Origin: Tubulanus polymorphus
Lineage: Eukaryota; Animalia; Nemertea
NCBI RefSeq assembly: GCF_964204645.1
Contig: NC_134028.1
Location: 434,001 to 498,000, forward strand
Direction of reading: 5' to 3'
Length of the DNA: 64,000 nucleotides
Every line of letters begins with the position of its first letter. The first letter of the stretch is position 1. Below are positions 32,601 through 48,108 of this stretch, piece by piece. The notes beneath the pieces are model-generated. The model was not told where the DNA came from. It saw only the letters and a program-made list of their open reading frames with translations, and did not search any database. Both the position numbers and the translations under genes were made by a program.

Positions 32601-35600
32601 CTGTACAATTTTTAGGTGGGACAAAGATTGACACGGAGAGACTATTGTTCTATTATTATATTCATTTTAGAATAGGATAATATTCTATTTCTACCCTGTG
32701 ACTTATAATTCTATTCTAGACAGAATTTAAGGGGCTGCGAACTAATTATACTTATATCACGAAATATTTTACTGAATTTAAAAGCTGTAAAAACAAATGA
32801 TATTCAACCAGATGTAGTTTTTACAGTTAGGCTACGGCAATCTTCCTACTACAATGAGACTCTGATAAAGCGTGGGGGAGGTGTATCTAGTGTATTTTGC
32901 CATTTTTCACAATCATATCAGTTTATGAAAGTTATTTCATCCTCCGCTGTTATTTAGAATTTTATCAGTGCTTGATCAATTTGTCAGTTTATAGCTTTTA
33001 GACTTGGTCACTAAACCTGAGCTATGAACCAAACTTTGACTCTTTGGTCACCAAACCTGGGCTATGAACCAAACTTTGACGCTTAGGTCACTAAACAAAG
33101 ACCATGAATGAAAGATTTAACTTTTTTTAAAGTTATTTCTGTTGCCTTCATGACTCAATATTTGAGAATGGAACAAATGACGTAGTTAATGAAAGATTCA
33201 TCTGTATCAGTGTTGCTGCTGGTGCTGCAGCTGCTGCTGCTGCTGCTGCTGGTGCAACTAACACAACCTTTTGCTGTTTGTCTCTAAAAGATTAAACTTG
33301 ATCCCAGTCGGAACTGATGAGAATTTTAGTGAGACGACAAATAAGGAAAAGCCATATGAAAAAATGTAAAGCGAATGCGTGAATAAAATAAAACAGCATG
33401 AAATGCTGATATAAAGAGTGGGGTCCGAGAGCAATTCGAAGGTTTAGTGTCCTGCACGCTTAGCGAGCGGGCAGGGGTCTATTCCTACCTCGACTCAAGT
33501 GCTAAAAGTCAGAGAAAAGAGTAAAAACGAAAAATGGCAAATGAAGGAAAAATGGCTGGAGTTTGATTTGTTCCACTGGGTTTAAGTGTTAACTTGAAAA
33601 GACAATCAAACAGATTATTTAATGACGTATATATTTTGCATCAGCAGTTTAAAAACATTGATTAATAACTTTTATGAATAGGATTCCATAAACTACTTGC
33701 TTATATGAAACCTCTAGTAGAGAGTATTGAAATAGTCCACAATGGTTTCATTTAGTGACGTCATGTTGAATTGGTGAAGCAACATCAATAGCATTAATTG
33801 TTTTGATCTCAGCCATCATTCTTGTCCTTGGTTTGTGTTTGCCTTTCTCGCGACATTTTGTGAGTGTGAAGGTTTGGTTCGGGTTTATTTCCTCGGTTCG
33901 GGTGAACCCTCCATATACGTCCCCCTACCTTACAACATTAAGTTCCTCAGGTTTGGTTTGATGTTTTGTAGATGAAACCTCTACAACTCAAACTCACATC
34001 ATTTGATGAAATGAAATCTGTTTACAGACGACTGCTGCAACTTGTCGTGAAACTGAGATATATTGTGAATACTTATTAGAGGGAGTAGAAATAATAGGAA
34101 TAATTTGATGAAATTGATAAAGAAATCATCTGTAAAAATGAAGCCATGTGATTTTCAAGACCAACCCAGGCATATGATCATTTGAAGTCATCTGAATGCC
34201 TCCAAAATGTGTAGAGACAGTATCTGTGAGTCCCATCAATGATGCAATTGATTAAGGATTTTGATTTATAAATGAAATTGATATGATCGTGAAAAATGGC
34301 AAATCGTTTTGCAGTTATTGTACGGATGAGTGGTGTGTGAAGAGGAGACAACAGAGTTGAGGAGGCATTGAGGTAGGGCATTGAGGGAAGGCTACGTGGG
34401 AGGGCATTGAGGGAGGGCCAGGCGGGAGGGCATTGAGGGAGGGAGGAAGGGAGGGAGGGAAGGGGTATCGGACGGTGGGAGGGAAGGGGTCCAGGAGGGA
34501 AGGGGTCGGGGAGGGAAGGGGTTTGGGAGGGCGGGAGGGAAGGGGTCTGGGAGGGTGGGAGGGAAGGGGTTTGGGAGGGCGGGAGGGAAGGAGTCCGGGA
34601 GGGAAGGGGTCTGGGAGGGTCGGGTCGGGAGGTTAGATGAGTTAAAATGTTCTGATGTTTTAGTTAGACGGATGAGAATCTAATGAAGATGAAAGAACAT
34701 TAAATCACTGTTCAATCACAGGATGAAGTAATGCAGTGATCTGTACTCTGTATCTGTACACAATGTTACATGTATCTGTAACTGTTCAATCAGTATGAAA
34801 TAAGTACAGCAGTTTAATCTACAGAAATCCTGTACTGTTTCTGTCTGATTGATTGATAATTTGAGATGTTACATTCTGCTCTATTGTCACTGATTATTGT
34901 TTCTTTTTCTTTTCAGAATGAAATGAATGCAATAGAATTTACTATCTAAACTGGCTCATTTAAAGGTAAGTACAAAACTGGTAATGAATTTCTCCACAGA
35001 ATTCTTCACAGTCTCTGTTGATATTTTGAATTATTTTTGAACTAAAAATTACAGTTTTACTCTCAGTTACAGGATGAGATACACACCGCAGCAGCAGCAG
35101 CACTGGCAGTACCCGCAGTACCAGCACCATGCAGCAACAGCTGCAACAGCAGCACTGGCAGTACCTGCAGTACCAGCACCATGCAGCAACAGCAGCACTG
35201 GCAGTACCCGCAGTACCAGCACCATGCAGCAACAGCGCCACCAGCAGCTGCAACAGCAGCACTGGCAGTACCTGCAGTACCAGCACCATGCAGCAACAGC
35301 GCCACCAGCAGCGGCAGCAGCAGGTAAAACCTGTTTGGAAATTCATTATTTTTAGAGAACTGTTCTATATAAATTATTCTATCTGTTTATGTTTCCAGCA
35401 TTCAATCACTCAAAGATCACGGCTTAGTTTGATTTGGTGTGAAACTGCTCTTATTTCATAACAACTTAACTGACAATTTCTAAAATTTATATTTAGGAGC
35501 TGAAATAACTGGAACCCTTGATAGAATCTGTGAACAGTAAACATTGGGAATTCACTTCACATTTGTTTAAGATGGACATCGCTTTAGATCCTCAAAACCA

Positions 35601-37620
35601 ATACGGTACCGGTAAATATCTCTACAGATTCTAGTCTCTGTTAGACTGTACATTTATAAACTCATTTCCTGATTAGAAGCTACATTAATCAGTGAAGGCG
35701 AATTTTCAATCACTTCTATTCTGGTCAAAGTTCGAATCATCAAAATTATACAACTTTTGTATTCTAGGGTCCAAAATAAAGCTGAACTTGCAGTTAACAT
35801 TGCGCTCCACAAATCAAACAAGTCAGAAGCGGTGAGTTTTATATCGATTTATTGCAGTAATTTGTGGTGATCTTCAAATCAAGTCCAGAAAATGATGTTT
35901 TGATCGGTCAATGTTGGCAGGTATCAACGTTTTACTAGAGGACGCAGTCTAAAGCTACCATCAAACCTCTCAGAAATCTGCATATACTCAACATATTGTG
36001 ATAAACTACTCATTAACCCGGTAGGTTTTCTGTCAATTGAACACAAACAAGTTGCAGTTTCTATCTATTTCATTAACCATTTTCTGGCATAATTTTCAGA
36101 ATGCAATACGCCCAACACTTTTTGGAACTGGAGAAATTAAAAATATTCACCTTCAAAGAGTAAAGAAGCTCTAGTTGCTGAAGCTGCTGCTATCGTTTTA
36201 AGAATTTATTTTCTCAGAAAATCATCAGTTCTCTTAACTTCATGACATTATGACTGTTGGAAGTGAAATCCTGCTAGATGGCACTGAACTTATCTGATAT
36301 GAGTTTAGAAATGGTGAGTATTTCATCACTCCACTGTGCTCTAATTTCATAATATTCTAACATTTAATTATTCTGTACAGAATTTTTATGTGTGATTCTC
36401 CGGGAAGCAGTGCGGCTGATGCTGCTGCAGCTGCTGCTGCTTAATTCTGCTCAACACAAGTTTGAACATGATTGATTTTCTAATAGAATTTAGCCCCAAT
36501 TTCAGACTGCTATAAATACGTTACTTTTTCATAGTATGATGATTTTTTGCAGCATGAAATTTGTCCAATTGAACAGTTTGAAAATTGACCAAAGATTGAA
36601 TAATGGTGTTGAATTATCTAGAATTATAAGGTAATGATAAATTCTAGTTTCCGAAATATTTCATGAAAACAATAATTCCCACTTGACTGTTAATTCAATC
36701 GAACATTTTCAATGTAATATTTGCTGAAACAGGTTTTCTCTATTCTAGGACGAAGTAGGGATCGGGACCAATTTGCCATTTGACAGGGACAGGAACCAGC
36801 CATCTACCTGGAGATTGATATGCTGCCACTTATTTCAGATCTGCAATTTTTAAGTTTAAAGCCAAATGAATATTGTTTACCTGTGCCGACCGGCACGGGC
36901 AGCCTGCTGTTTGTGATGGTTTAATAGACTGTGTATCACGTATACATAAAAACAATAGAGTCATCCCCTGATTCGTCTCTCAAAGCTGTGTTGTCATTTT
37001 TGCTAATAGAATAATAGCCTGACTCGGGCATAGAATATATAATTTAAACCCTGTTATATGCAAATTTAAGGCAAAATTCATTTATCAAGAATCAGAATCA
37101 AAATAATAAAAGTATAATGAAGAAATAACTAGAACAACCTATACACACAAAATAACAAAACCTCTCAACCTTAGCACTGAACACTCGCTTTACTTTCCTA
37201 ATTAACTTGTTTTTCCCTGTTTTAGTTATTCTTCAGACTTGATGATGGTCTCTACAGAGACTCCAAAATGTTGTCTCTTTTACTTCTATTAAGTTTCTAT
37301 ATAGTGGGTTTTAAAGTTTTAGGGAAAATTGAAATTGAAGATTAAATGTAGCTGTAAAGCAGCGATAACTGGTTGCATTAGTTTGTAATTGTTTGTACCT
37401 CACGACCCAGTTTTATTGGTCTGGTTTTGTAAAAAAATTGTATGATACACATATTGTATAATGATGTAATATGGACATGTTATGACAAGTCACTCAATCA
37501 ATGAAATCATAAAGTTGAAATATCGACAGGTTTTCTTTATTATGGGACTATAATATTTCGTGTGAACTGTTGTTCTGTTTTATTTGAAATAAAGATGAAT
37601 TATCTGTGTTGTTTTAGTTG
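29680..37620 (+). ncRNA. Putative lncRNA gene, copy 3
   Basis: caaaatggcg at 29690 and AATAAA at 37588. A small deletion at the acceptor near 36099 still leaves ttttcag. Confidence 0.55.
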
Positions 37621-38213
37621 TGATTACAGACGCCAGCAGTTTCACACACACTCAGTGCGTCGCACGTAAATCCCACGGGTTCAGTTTCATAGATAATTAA
37701 CTAAAAAAACTTTACTCAATTCGACTTTACCGTCTCAATAAATGAATATTTTTGAAGAAACTGAGCCTAGGGTACAGTTTCACGAACCAATTGCGTTCAA
37801 ACATTTTATTTTGAAGAAAAAATTAAATCCAAGTTGAAATTGATTCATCCTTTCTCTGTGAAACTGGACACTCGCTATTCAGTGTGCGAAACTGCGGCAT
37901 CTAAATCTGATTGAAACCCGCATCATAAACCAAATCCTACCGACGGATTAATTATCATCAAAGATTTGTGAGATTTGATCAATTTCTTCGCAAATTCATT
38001 TAAAAAATGGATCGTTTTTTGTGAAACTGCGACCCCTGGTGTCCACTCGAGGGATTCATTTATTCTTTTTCACCCTGGTATGCGAGGGTTTCAATTCGAT
38101 GGTCCAACTACTATTCTCAAAAAGGCAGGTGCATTACATGACAATGAGGAATAAATGTAGATAAATTTTGCTGTAAGTCGTGTGTGCGTTATTTTCTCAT
38201 TTTTCGAGAAACA

Positions 38214-38373
38214 GTCATTAATTTATTACGTACGCATTAGGGGAGGGGGAGGGGGTCAGTGCAATTGCGTACTGTAATGCTTAATGTATATGAGAAAATG
38301 TCCGATTTTGCGTACAGAGGGGGGGGGGTTGAAAATTTCAAATTTTATGCGTACGTAATAAATGAATGATCCC
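38214..38373. mobile_element. MITE private to unit 3
   Basis: TIR tcattaatttattacgtacgcat / atgcgtacgtaataaatgaatga. Absent at the equivalent site in the other units. Confidence 0.75.
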
Positions 38374-40482
38374 AACAACCTAGAATAATGCTGGGTTCGA
38401 ACCCGGGACACCCCTGTACATCATCTAATCAGCATCAGGACCTTTCTGAATCAGTATCAGTAATTACTGAGTTCGAACCCGGGATACCCCTGTACATCCT
38501 CCATTCAGCATCAGGACCAATCAGAATCAGTATCAATAGACCGGATTTGAACCCGGGATGCCCCTCTACATCCTATATTCAGGACCAGGACCACTCTGAA
38601 TCAGTTATCAGTAATTACTTTTGTTAAGATATCAACATTTTACCGTACGGTGCTGCCTCTATGCTCATCGGTAGCGGGATTTTCATACACTAACGTTAGT
38701 CAACTCTGGCAAGCAAGGGTAACGGAGTATAACTGGACAGCACGACGATTGCCAGAGTTGACTTCAGTTAGTGTACGGAAATCCCGCTAACGATGAGCAT
38801 GGCGGCAGCACCGTACGGTCGGGACACCCCTGTACATCCTCTATCCAGCATCAGGACAACTTGGACCACTACTGAGTTCGAACCCGGGACACTCCTGTAC
38901 ATCATCTAATCAGCATCGGGACCTCTCTGAATCAGTATCAGTAATTACTGGGTTCGAACTCGGGATACCCCTGTACATCCTCTTCTCAGTATCAAGACCA
39001 CTCTGAACCAGTATCAGTAATTACTGGGTTCGAACTCGGGATACCCCTGTACATCCTCTATTCAGTATCAAGACCACTCTGAACCAGTATCAGTAATTAC
39101 TTGGTTCGAACGCGGGACACCCCGTACCCATTATGATGCGATTAGACACGTGATCGATGGTCGTCCTCATTTAGAAGATGAATTTAATTGTGAAACATGG
39201 TCATATCCAGGAATGTTTAAACCCGGCGATCAATGTATCGACTAAAACCGCGTGTCTATATCGATATTTGTACTGTTAATCGTCGTATTAACGGATACAT
39301 CTTCTTTACGATAACCTACAACGATACGATTTCAAACTGTGTTCTACCCGTACTCGTAGTAGGCCTAACTACCAATTTCACGTTGTTTGGAGCCAATTTA
39401 GGACAGTGTAACTTCAACCTAGAGCGATTTCACCCACCCCGAGTGCTACTTGATAAAAGTTCCTGTGTATCAAGTTTAATCGTAATCGGTCCATTGGGTC
39501 AAGAGATATAGACATTTATCCAAAGCGACACCTATGGAAAAGAGTGGAAATTGTTGCATACCAACCGTAAAGTAGATATTGTGGTTTTTATATATATATT
39601 GAATAATGTCACCAACTCTTTTATTCATTTAGAAATAAAATACTGTATTGAGCGAAGTATCTTTTAAATAAAGTGGCCTCTAAGGATAAAGCAAATATAT
39701 GTGTTCAAAATATATAAGTTAGTATAGAATCTATTGACCAAAAAACAACCTGAGTCAAACAGATGATCATCGTACTACAAATACATCGCTGGGCCAAAAA
39801 TTAGCCCCAACATGAGGCACTAACCCTAACCCTAGATCGACCGTAACCCTAACCCTAGCGGGACTCGAACCTGCGAACTCCAGCATGCCAGCCGAGCACG
39901 CTAACCACTAGACCGCTGAGTACTGGTGGCTGACAATGTTTGTGAATACATGTGGTCAGTGTGGTACAAGGCCAACACTTGGGTTTCTGCGTTTATTAAA
40001 CAGGCCAACACTCGCGTCAGTGTTTGTTTCTTGGTAATAGCCTTTTTAGTGCCCTGGGGCCAGTTCCATGGGTGATGGCTTAGGAGGTGAATCTAAGCTT
40101 TTCTCATATCGGTATTTGTACATAACTCAATCGTGAACGTCTTTCTGTATTCCAAGACTGATTCTATTGGCTGATACAGTCAAAGTAAATCGTTTAATCC
40201 GCATCGGCTTAATCCGAATTTTGGTCTAATCCGGATAATATTTACTGTCAATTTAATCATTTAATTTAATCATTTAATCATTAATTATACACGAAAATAA
40301 CTTTTAATCCGGATTTGCCGCAAAACGGATGAATTTTGTTGGTCCCAATGATCGGAATTAGGGAGATTCTATCATACCATTTACTCTCCTTAAAGCTCTA
40401 ATGATGGTACAGTTATTAATTTCTAACAAACTAGTGTTGAGTGATGAATGAAATTTGACTTACGAAAAATCTGTATTCCTCA

Positions 40483-43400
40483 GACGAGGTATTTCATAGC
40501 CGTCGCAGGATTCTTACTAGAGTGGGATGCGACGGCTGACATAGCCGCAACTTATATTTTGAAAGCCCTGCTGCTCAACATCATCACGTTCAAGTGACTT
40601 AAGAAAAGTTTCATGCAAGAGTCACGCATAAAAACAAAATATAAATATTATATCTAGCCCATTTGAAAAGGAGGGGTATTTAGAATCGGTAAGAAAAATA
40701 AACGGCTGAAAGTTTTGATAACGTATCAACGAACTATATACTAGATAACGTATATAATTCGGGTAGTGAAGTTCTATGTCCTACGTTCTGAATGTTTAAG
40801 ATATTTGTAAACTTCCTATAATGATAATAATATATTTCCCTACTAAACCTAAATAACATGATTACATTCGTTGATATTAAGAAATTTTCCTACCTACAAA
40901 ACTGCAACTTTTCACCAGTTTCCGACCTGATCCAGTTATTTCATAGTTAATCCAATCCTGAGTCAATTTAATTCCGTGTCCAAGTCTTTAAACGTCAGGC
41001 GAAATTTTCTATCAAAATTCGGTTGAAAATGTTCCAATTTTTTCCGTTCATACAATCTTAAAACTTTCCAAAAACAATTTCTCCGTAATGAACATACGAT
41101 TCCCGATTGGATTAATTCCTTTCCGAGTAAAATCCAATCAGAATAGCGAAAGATGGCGCACGATTCGATTGATATTACGATTTATTCGATGAAATCGAAT
41201 TTCCCGGCGCCTGCGACAAGCCCAGACACGCTCCAGTACGCGGCCGCTGATTGGCTAATCGATCTCAATTGGGGGATATCGTCTATTGCTAGTGCGCGGG
41301 ATATTTCAATTGCGGCGTGTTCTATTGTGTTGCAACAATAGGGGGATGAGCTATTGCGACAGCGGATGCGGGATGGGTCCATTTGTTACATATATCTTGA
41401 AATATCGAGCCGGGGATAGTTCTATCCTTGATACTTTACTGATTGAGGTTTTAGAGGTGTTTATAAAGGTTTATCGCCGTTTTTAATGATATCTGTAAAA
41501 AAGGAACTTGAAGATGCGACTACCCTCTCACTGGACGGGTCTATGTTTGTGATATCATTATAGAGACGGCGTCGCGCACGAGACAATAGATACATGTGAC
41601 TGCAGCATATCATTATGTAGAAATCATATGGAGGGCAAAATTCTCTCGATTCTATCGGGCGACGAACGTACAACGAACAGGTTCGTAGATGAGACTCCTT
41701 TGATATACGATTAGGCGCCATGTACTGGTCGGGGATGGGGGCAAGAGAAGCGAAATAAAGGCTCAAAGTTACTGATCGAATAAGTGTCCAAACTCAGTCA
41801 AACATGTCAACTTGAACCCAGGTAGCGATTAATGTAGTCCGAGGTTTGACTTATACCACATGCGGATGAGCGTCTGGGGACGGGGTGTTTGGGATGTGAC
41901 AAATGATTATTCCAGTTTTCCTGCTGCGTGTCCGTGTTATCCTAAACCAGGGAAAAGAAGAGACCAGAAGACCATACACCATCAGACCATAATATCGAGA
42001 AATAATCGTCTATTTATAAATATATTTCTATTTATTTCCATTAACACTACATAGACCTATATAAGATTGATTCTATAGTAAAAATGAGTTAGTTTTTGTA
42101 TGGAAGGAAAATTTTGGAAAGAAATTTGGTGTCAAATATGCGGACGCTGGAACCCGGGAAAAATCCTCTCCTTCAACAGCCAATGGCAAGTTACAGGGTT
42201 CGAATCATGGACACAAGAGTTTAATTCATTGAATACATTTCATTCTATATTTCCCATAGATGATGCATAAGAAATAAGGTGCATTGAAACTCCATTGATT
42301 ATCAATTCAGAAAATAGATAAGGTTCCTCTAGGGGCACTTAGGCTTATAGATATTGATATTGATGAAAGCAGAATGTAGCCTAAGCAATAATGACACTTT
42401 TTAAGTAAATAATGCAAATATCTTTTCTTAATTTATAGCTTGATTCTGAAGAAGGGGAGAACACAGTTTTCATGACAGTTTTCATCATCATTTGTGCGGT
42501 CTGAAGTATCTAGGGTCACCCGGACTCAACATTACGGCCTCCAGTATCATCATTCGAGGTTAATTTTATATTTCTATGAAATATTTTGCTCAAATAAATT
42601 TGTTATCATATTGTTATCATATCAATGAAAATAAGTGTAGTTATTCATTTTAGTATGAAATTTCGCTGTGTTTTGAGGAATTACTAATTTTCCAGACATC
42701 GGATCCAGAAATTCACCTTGCCATCACCAGGACAACGCATCAGTCAAAACAAACAACAATCATTCAGAAATGAAGCCATGTAGATTCTTATATTTGGTTA
42801 AAAGTTTGTTTATATTAGTTGAGTAGATTTTGAATGATGCAAAGTTAGAGTTTCAGTACTGATGGTTAATTTCACTGTCCTATCCCTGAAGGGCTTTTAG
42901 TCACTCAGATTTTGTGATAAAATGTGTTCAGATCAAAAGTTCACAACTCAAATTTCCGATAGATGGCGCCTGCGATATATAACTCATTTTGCCAACCGTC
43001 GCAATTAGCTTTTCCAGTAATTTAGTGGTTCAGCAAAATTCCAAGAGGTGGCGAACATGTAACTAATGTATGTGAAGTAATAAGACACCTTAGTTCATCA
43101 TCTGATCAGAATCACTGGGTTTGAACCTGGGACATCGCAACACAGTCATTGGGTTCGAACCTGAGACATTCCTCCAAATCCTCCAATCAGCATGAAACAT
43201 CACAGTCATTTAGAATCAATAATTCATTCATTTGATGCGCAGTCAATTTCAGGTGTAGACGTGTCGCAAGTTTCAGTTATTGAGATCCTCCTCCATTAGA
43301 CTGAAAATAAATCAAACAATGTTCATTATAACATCATTAGAGCAATTCACAAAAATCATATCAAATATTCGACATGAATAAGAGTAACTAACAAACCTGA

Positions 43401-46400
43401 TCTAAACATCATCTTCTTTTGAGTAGAATAAACAAAACTCTAGCGTTACGCCTACATCTGAAATAATACAAAACACTGAAAATCATTATTTCTTCATCAG
43501 ATAAAAAATGAAAACAGATTCAACAAGATTCAAAATGCTTTTAGTATCAAGAATTTTCAGTGTTACAATCTTTTTTTCATACAAGACTTAACGGTAAATT
43601 GGTTCAGACTTAGAGCAGGGAACACTATAAGAATCATATTATAGATTTCGAATCGAAATTTGCAGCATGTTCGTTGCTCAGCAGCAGGTGAATCGCACCA
43701 TTCAAACATGTTTGATATTTCCACAGTAAATTTCATCGCAGCAAAATTTTTGTTTAGTCCCAAACACAGTAAATTGAGCCGCAATCTTTGACAAGCTTTC
43801 AAATCATGATGGCATCAATGATTTGAGAACGGCGCTGAAAACCTGCTTGGATTTTGGTTAACTCTGTTTTAAAACACCACTGAAACTATTTAGTTTCTAG
43901 AGGTCTGTGATTAGGGCCTAAGATATATCTACCTGAATCGAGGGATCACTTGTTCACTTCATCGCCAAACAGTTATTCCGGCTTGAACTTCCTGATGACT
44001 GCAGTTAGAGCATCACCCTGAAATAAACATAGAAACCTGTCAGAGAAAGCACTATAAAATCAAGGGTATCGGCGGGGTCAAATTCTTTATCTGTGTTGAT
44101 AGCAATTACAGGGACTTGACACAAAAGGATTTTGACCCCAGTATCCTCAGTCTTTTTATATATAGTACCTAGGATACTGGGGTCAAAATGCTCAAATGCT
44201 CCATCTGTATTGATAGTAATAGTTTATATTAGGCCTCAATCCACACTAGATATACATTTTACTAATTGAATCTTGAATGTCGGCCGACAGTTTTACACGC
44301 ATTAGCTCGACATGGCGGTTTTATGTCCAACACACAGGAGCTTATGACAATTTGATGCAGGATGGACCACACCAGTATCCTTATATAGATAGGGGGCTAA
44401 CTGCAGTTTGGGTCACCTATCCACTGGGTGGCGCTAGTGTTATTAAAGAATAGTGTTATGGTAAGGTTAGGTACATACCATTAGGGACACCTAAACTGCA
44501 GTCATACCTAGATAGGGATACTGGCAACTGGTGTCATCCATCCGTCCATCAAATTGTGACGGAATTCATTGTGACAAGCCCCTGTGTTCCGACACCTTCC
44601 ATCTCGAATCACCTTCAACCGTACAACAAAAGTATTCGATTCATAAGTAAATTTACTTACTGTTTTTCAATGTTGAAATGGTTTGAAGACATTCACTTCT
44701 GCGTTGAAAGAGAAGCTTCTAAATATTTCAAGTGTAAATTTCGATTGATTCGTCCGCCATCATTCTTAAATGGGACATACTCCACTTGGGAGGGCTAGTT
44801 CTGTAGTCCGCGCAGATCGAGGTCGACTAGGGCTCAGGGGCATTAGCGCTCCGGGCACCAACTAAAGAGTTCACAATAGTGCCCGCGGTAGACTTTACAT
44901 GCCGCTCCGAATTGATAGTTGCGGGAAATAAAACCACGAAATTAGGAATTTGTTGCGATTTCCGTGCAATAGTTCACTGAAGAATTATGTGAAAAATATT
45001 CCCAATAAAATACCGGTATTTCAAACAAAGAAACTTAATAACTTAAATCGGAGAGGTATTTCACCTAGTTTATCAGCGGGGCGCGGCCGACATCGACAAG
45101 TTCTATATTTCTGTGATAAATTTCTATAACATATTTTGCTCAAATAAACTCATTTCATTATCATATCGATGAAAATAAGTGTAGTTATTCATTTCAGGAT
45201 GAAATTTGGCTCTGCTTTGAGGAATTACTATTTTTCCAGACATCGGATCCAGAATATCACCTTGCCATCACCATGACAACGCACCAGTCAAAACAAACAA
45301 CAATCATTCAGAAATGAAGCCCAGTAGATTCTAAAATTTGGTTTCAAGTTTATTTATTTTGGTTGAGTAGATTCTGAATGATGCAAAGTTTACCAGAGAC
45401 ACTGGTTTTACCAAAATCATCTGTGGGGGACAGTGCCAATCCTGGAAGGGTTTTAACAGTCACTCAGATATTGTGTTCCACAGCATTCAGATCAAACCAA
45501 CAGTTCAGACTCAACTTGAGAAATACATTGTGTTAATCTAAAATAAATTTCACGTTTTTTTTTTACACTCAAGATATAAATTAGAATACAATACGTGGAG
45601 TTCCACTAATCATGGTCGATGTTTACGTACAAACTGACGATCAAAACCCGGCAAACTCGATACAATAGAAAAACCTTCCACACTCTGGAGCTCGTTCAGT
45701 CTATTCTGGACGCCGTCCTAAACCGTCTCCGGGTGTAAAACTGCAGAGCTTCATCACCCGTAACAGAACCTGTCTTCTTTACATAAATATCATCATAATG
45801 ATATAAACTATCAATAACGTGTTTTATTCCTGATATAGCTATTTAAACCTAAAACTACATTTTAAATGTGAAATGTTCTTTAAAAGGTCAAAATCAAGAT
45901 GGCGGCTTTTTCAAGTAAAACCTCGAAATTAAAAAACAATTTCTACAGTAATAAACATCTGTATTAAGATAAAATCCCACTATTTTAATCTGTAAATAGT
46001 GGGATTTTATCTTATTATCTGTCATCACGTTTGAGTGTGGTTATCGTTCTACATCTGTATTGTCTATATGTGTGACGCGCGTTACAAGGACAGCTGGTGA
46101 CTGATAATAGTAACCGTTTTGTTGACAGACGACTGTATTATCTGTAATTGACTTGAATTAATGACACTGATCAAATTTGAATTTCTCCATCTTCACTAGT
46201 TGTATACGGTATCGACTGATTCACTGTTTAATTCACCGTAGATGATGTTCGGAAATCCACGCTTTGAGAATACGAACATTTCCCCCTATCACGTAGTTAT
46301 GTGGTTCAATGTCAGTTAGAGCAAATTAAGATTACGAAAGTGACACTTATAGGGCCAGTTTTTGGACTACGTGTTTATCAGATTTTGTTAAACTTTGAAT

Positions 46401-46993
46401 ATCAGACGGACTGTACATATAATCAGCCCACGATAAACCAGGTACCACTATAATAAATACGTGTATTTTGAACATAAGATGTAGAACACCAGAAAATCTC
46501 AATCTCTCTAGTCAATCTGAAAATTATTTCATTTCATCTTCCATTTCTCCTTTTCTATTAGTATTTTTTAAACCATCGAATTATTCAATATTGTAAAAAG
46601 TAAGTTCCGCCATTTATATTGAAAATTATAAATCCAACCATCATTTTTTTTATACTAAGTTTTTTAATTGAAGAACTTAATTGTAACGTACAAAATAAAC
46701 TCGATGATTTTTTGCTGAATAAAACTTAAGTGAATATTTTAATCGCTTGATGTTTACGTCATACGGTTTACTTCTGTAAAAGTCGAAAAAGTTTATCTTA
46801 TTTGTAAACTGTCGAAACGCTATCATTTTTCGGATAACAACAATTCTCTATTAAGACCCCATCGACGCCAATAATAAATTACCCTTTTTCCACCAAAATG
46901 GCATTTAGGGGACGACAGGAATCATGAAATAGCCTCAACAAAGGCAAAATAGGCCCAAACAATAGGTAATAGCACCTGGCTCGCCAACCCAAT
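40483..46993. repeat. Block B0 (40483-41821, seen once) plus block B copy 2 (41822-46993)
   Basis: Leaves unit A after attcctca at 40482. Matches 12093 onward from gtagcgat at 41822. Confidence 0.93.
41440..41766 (-). pseudogene. Possible decayed CR1-type LINE ORF2 C-terminus
   Basis: The translation ...TCSLYVRRPIES...YIMICCSHMY...RRRLYNDITNIDPSS...FTDIIKNGDKPL resembles, from memory, the Cys/His-rich tail that follows the RT domain in CR1-clade elements. No RT motifs are present. Confidence 0.3.
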
Positions 46994-48066
46994 TTAGGAC
47001 AGTGTAACTTCAACCTAGAGCGATTTCACCCACCCCGAGTGCTACTTGATAAAAGCTCCTGTGTATCAAGTTTAATCGTAATCGGTCCATTGGGCCAAGA
47101 GATATAGACATTTATCCAAAGCGACACCTATGGAAAAGAGTGGAAATTGTTGCATACCAACCTTAAAGTAGATATTGTGGTTTTTATATATATTGAATAA
47201 TGTCACCAACTCTTTTATTCATTTAGAAATAAAATACTGTATTGAGCGAAGTATCTTTTAAATAAAGTGGCCTCTAAGGATAAAGCAAATATATGTGTTC
47301 AAAATATATAAGTTAGTATAGAATCTATTGACCAAAAAACAACCCGAGTCAAACAGATGATCATCGTACTACAAATACCTCGCTGGGCCAAAATTTAGCC
47401 CCAACCTGAGGCACTAACCCTAACCCTAGATCGACGGTAACCCTAACCCTAGCAGGACTCGAACCTGCGAACTCCAGCATGCCAGCCGAGCACGCTAACC
47501 ACTAGACCGCTGAGTGCTGGTGGCTGACAATGTTTGTGAATACGTGTGGTCAGTGTGGTACAAGGCCAACACTTGGGTTTCTGCGTTTATTAAACAGGCC
47601 AACACTCGCGTCAGTGTTTGTTTCTTGGTAATAGCCTTTTTAGTGCCCTGGGGCCAGTTCCATGGGTGATGGCTTAGGAGGTGAATCTAAGTTTGTTAGT
47701 TTGTCTGGTCATTGTGTTGACCAGTGACCGGTCAGGTGTGGTGACCAGTGAACCAATCAGTCAAATGTGATGATCAGTCAGGCTGTGGTGACTGGCGACC
47801 AGTCAGATGTGGTGACTCTTCAATGACTACCCGCTATTATTCTCTGATTACAACAGTTTCTAATCAGACCTGATCTAAATTGGCGCCGCCAGTAATGAAT
47901 TAAAGCCTTTCTCTTCTATCAACGCTATCAAAATTTACCAGCTGAATTTGTTCTATTTTGACAATATTGATGTATTTGAATGATACAGAGACAGAATTAG
48001 GCTAAGGGTCACAATCGACTCGTAAGCCCACATCTGGTAGAGTAAGAAATATCAGAATCTTCGGTG

Positions 48067-48108
48067 TCGTATCGTATCGTATCGTATCGTATCGTATCGT
48101 ATCGTATC
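48067..48108 (+). repeat. (ATCGT)n microsatellite
   Basis: About 8 perfect units. Confidence 0.97.

Larger units (their letters stand above)
28150..39102 (+). repeat. Unit A copy 3
   Basis: Colinear with copy 1. Has small deletions (e.g. near 28281 and 33005) and a private MITE at 38214-38373. Confidence 0.95.
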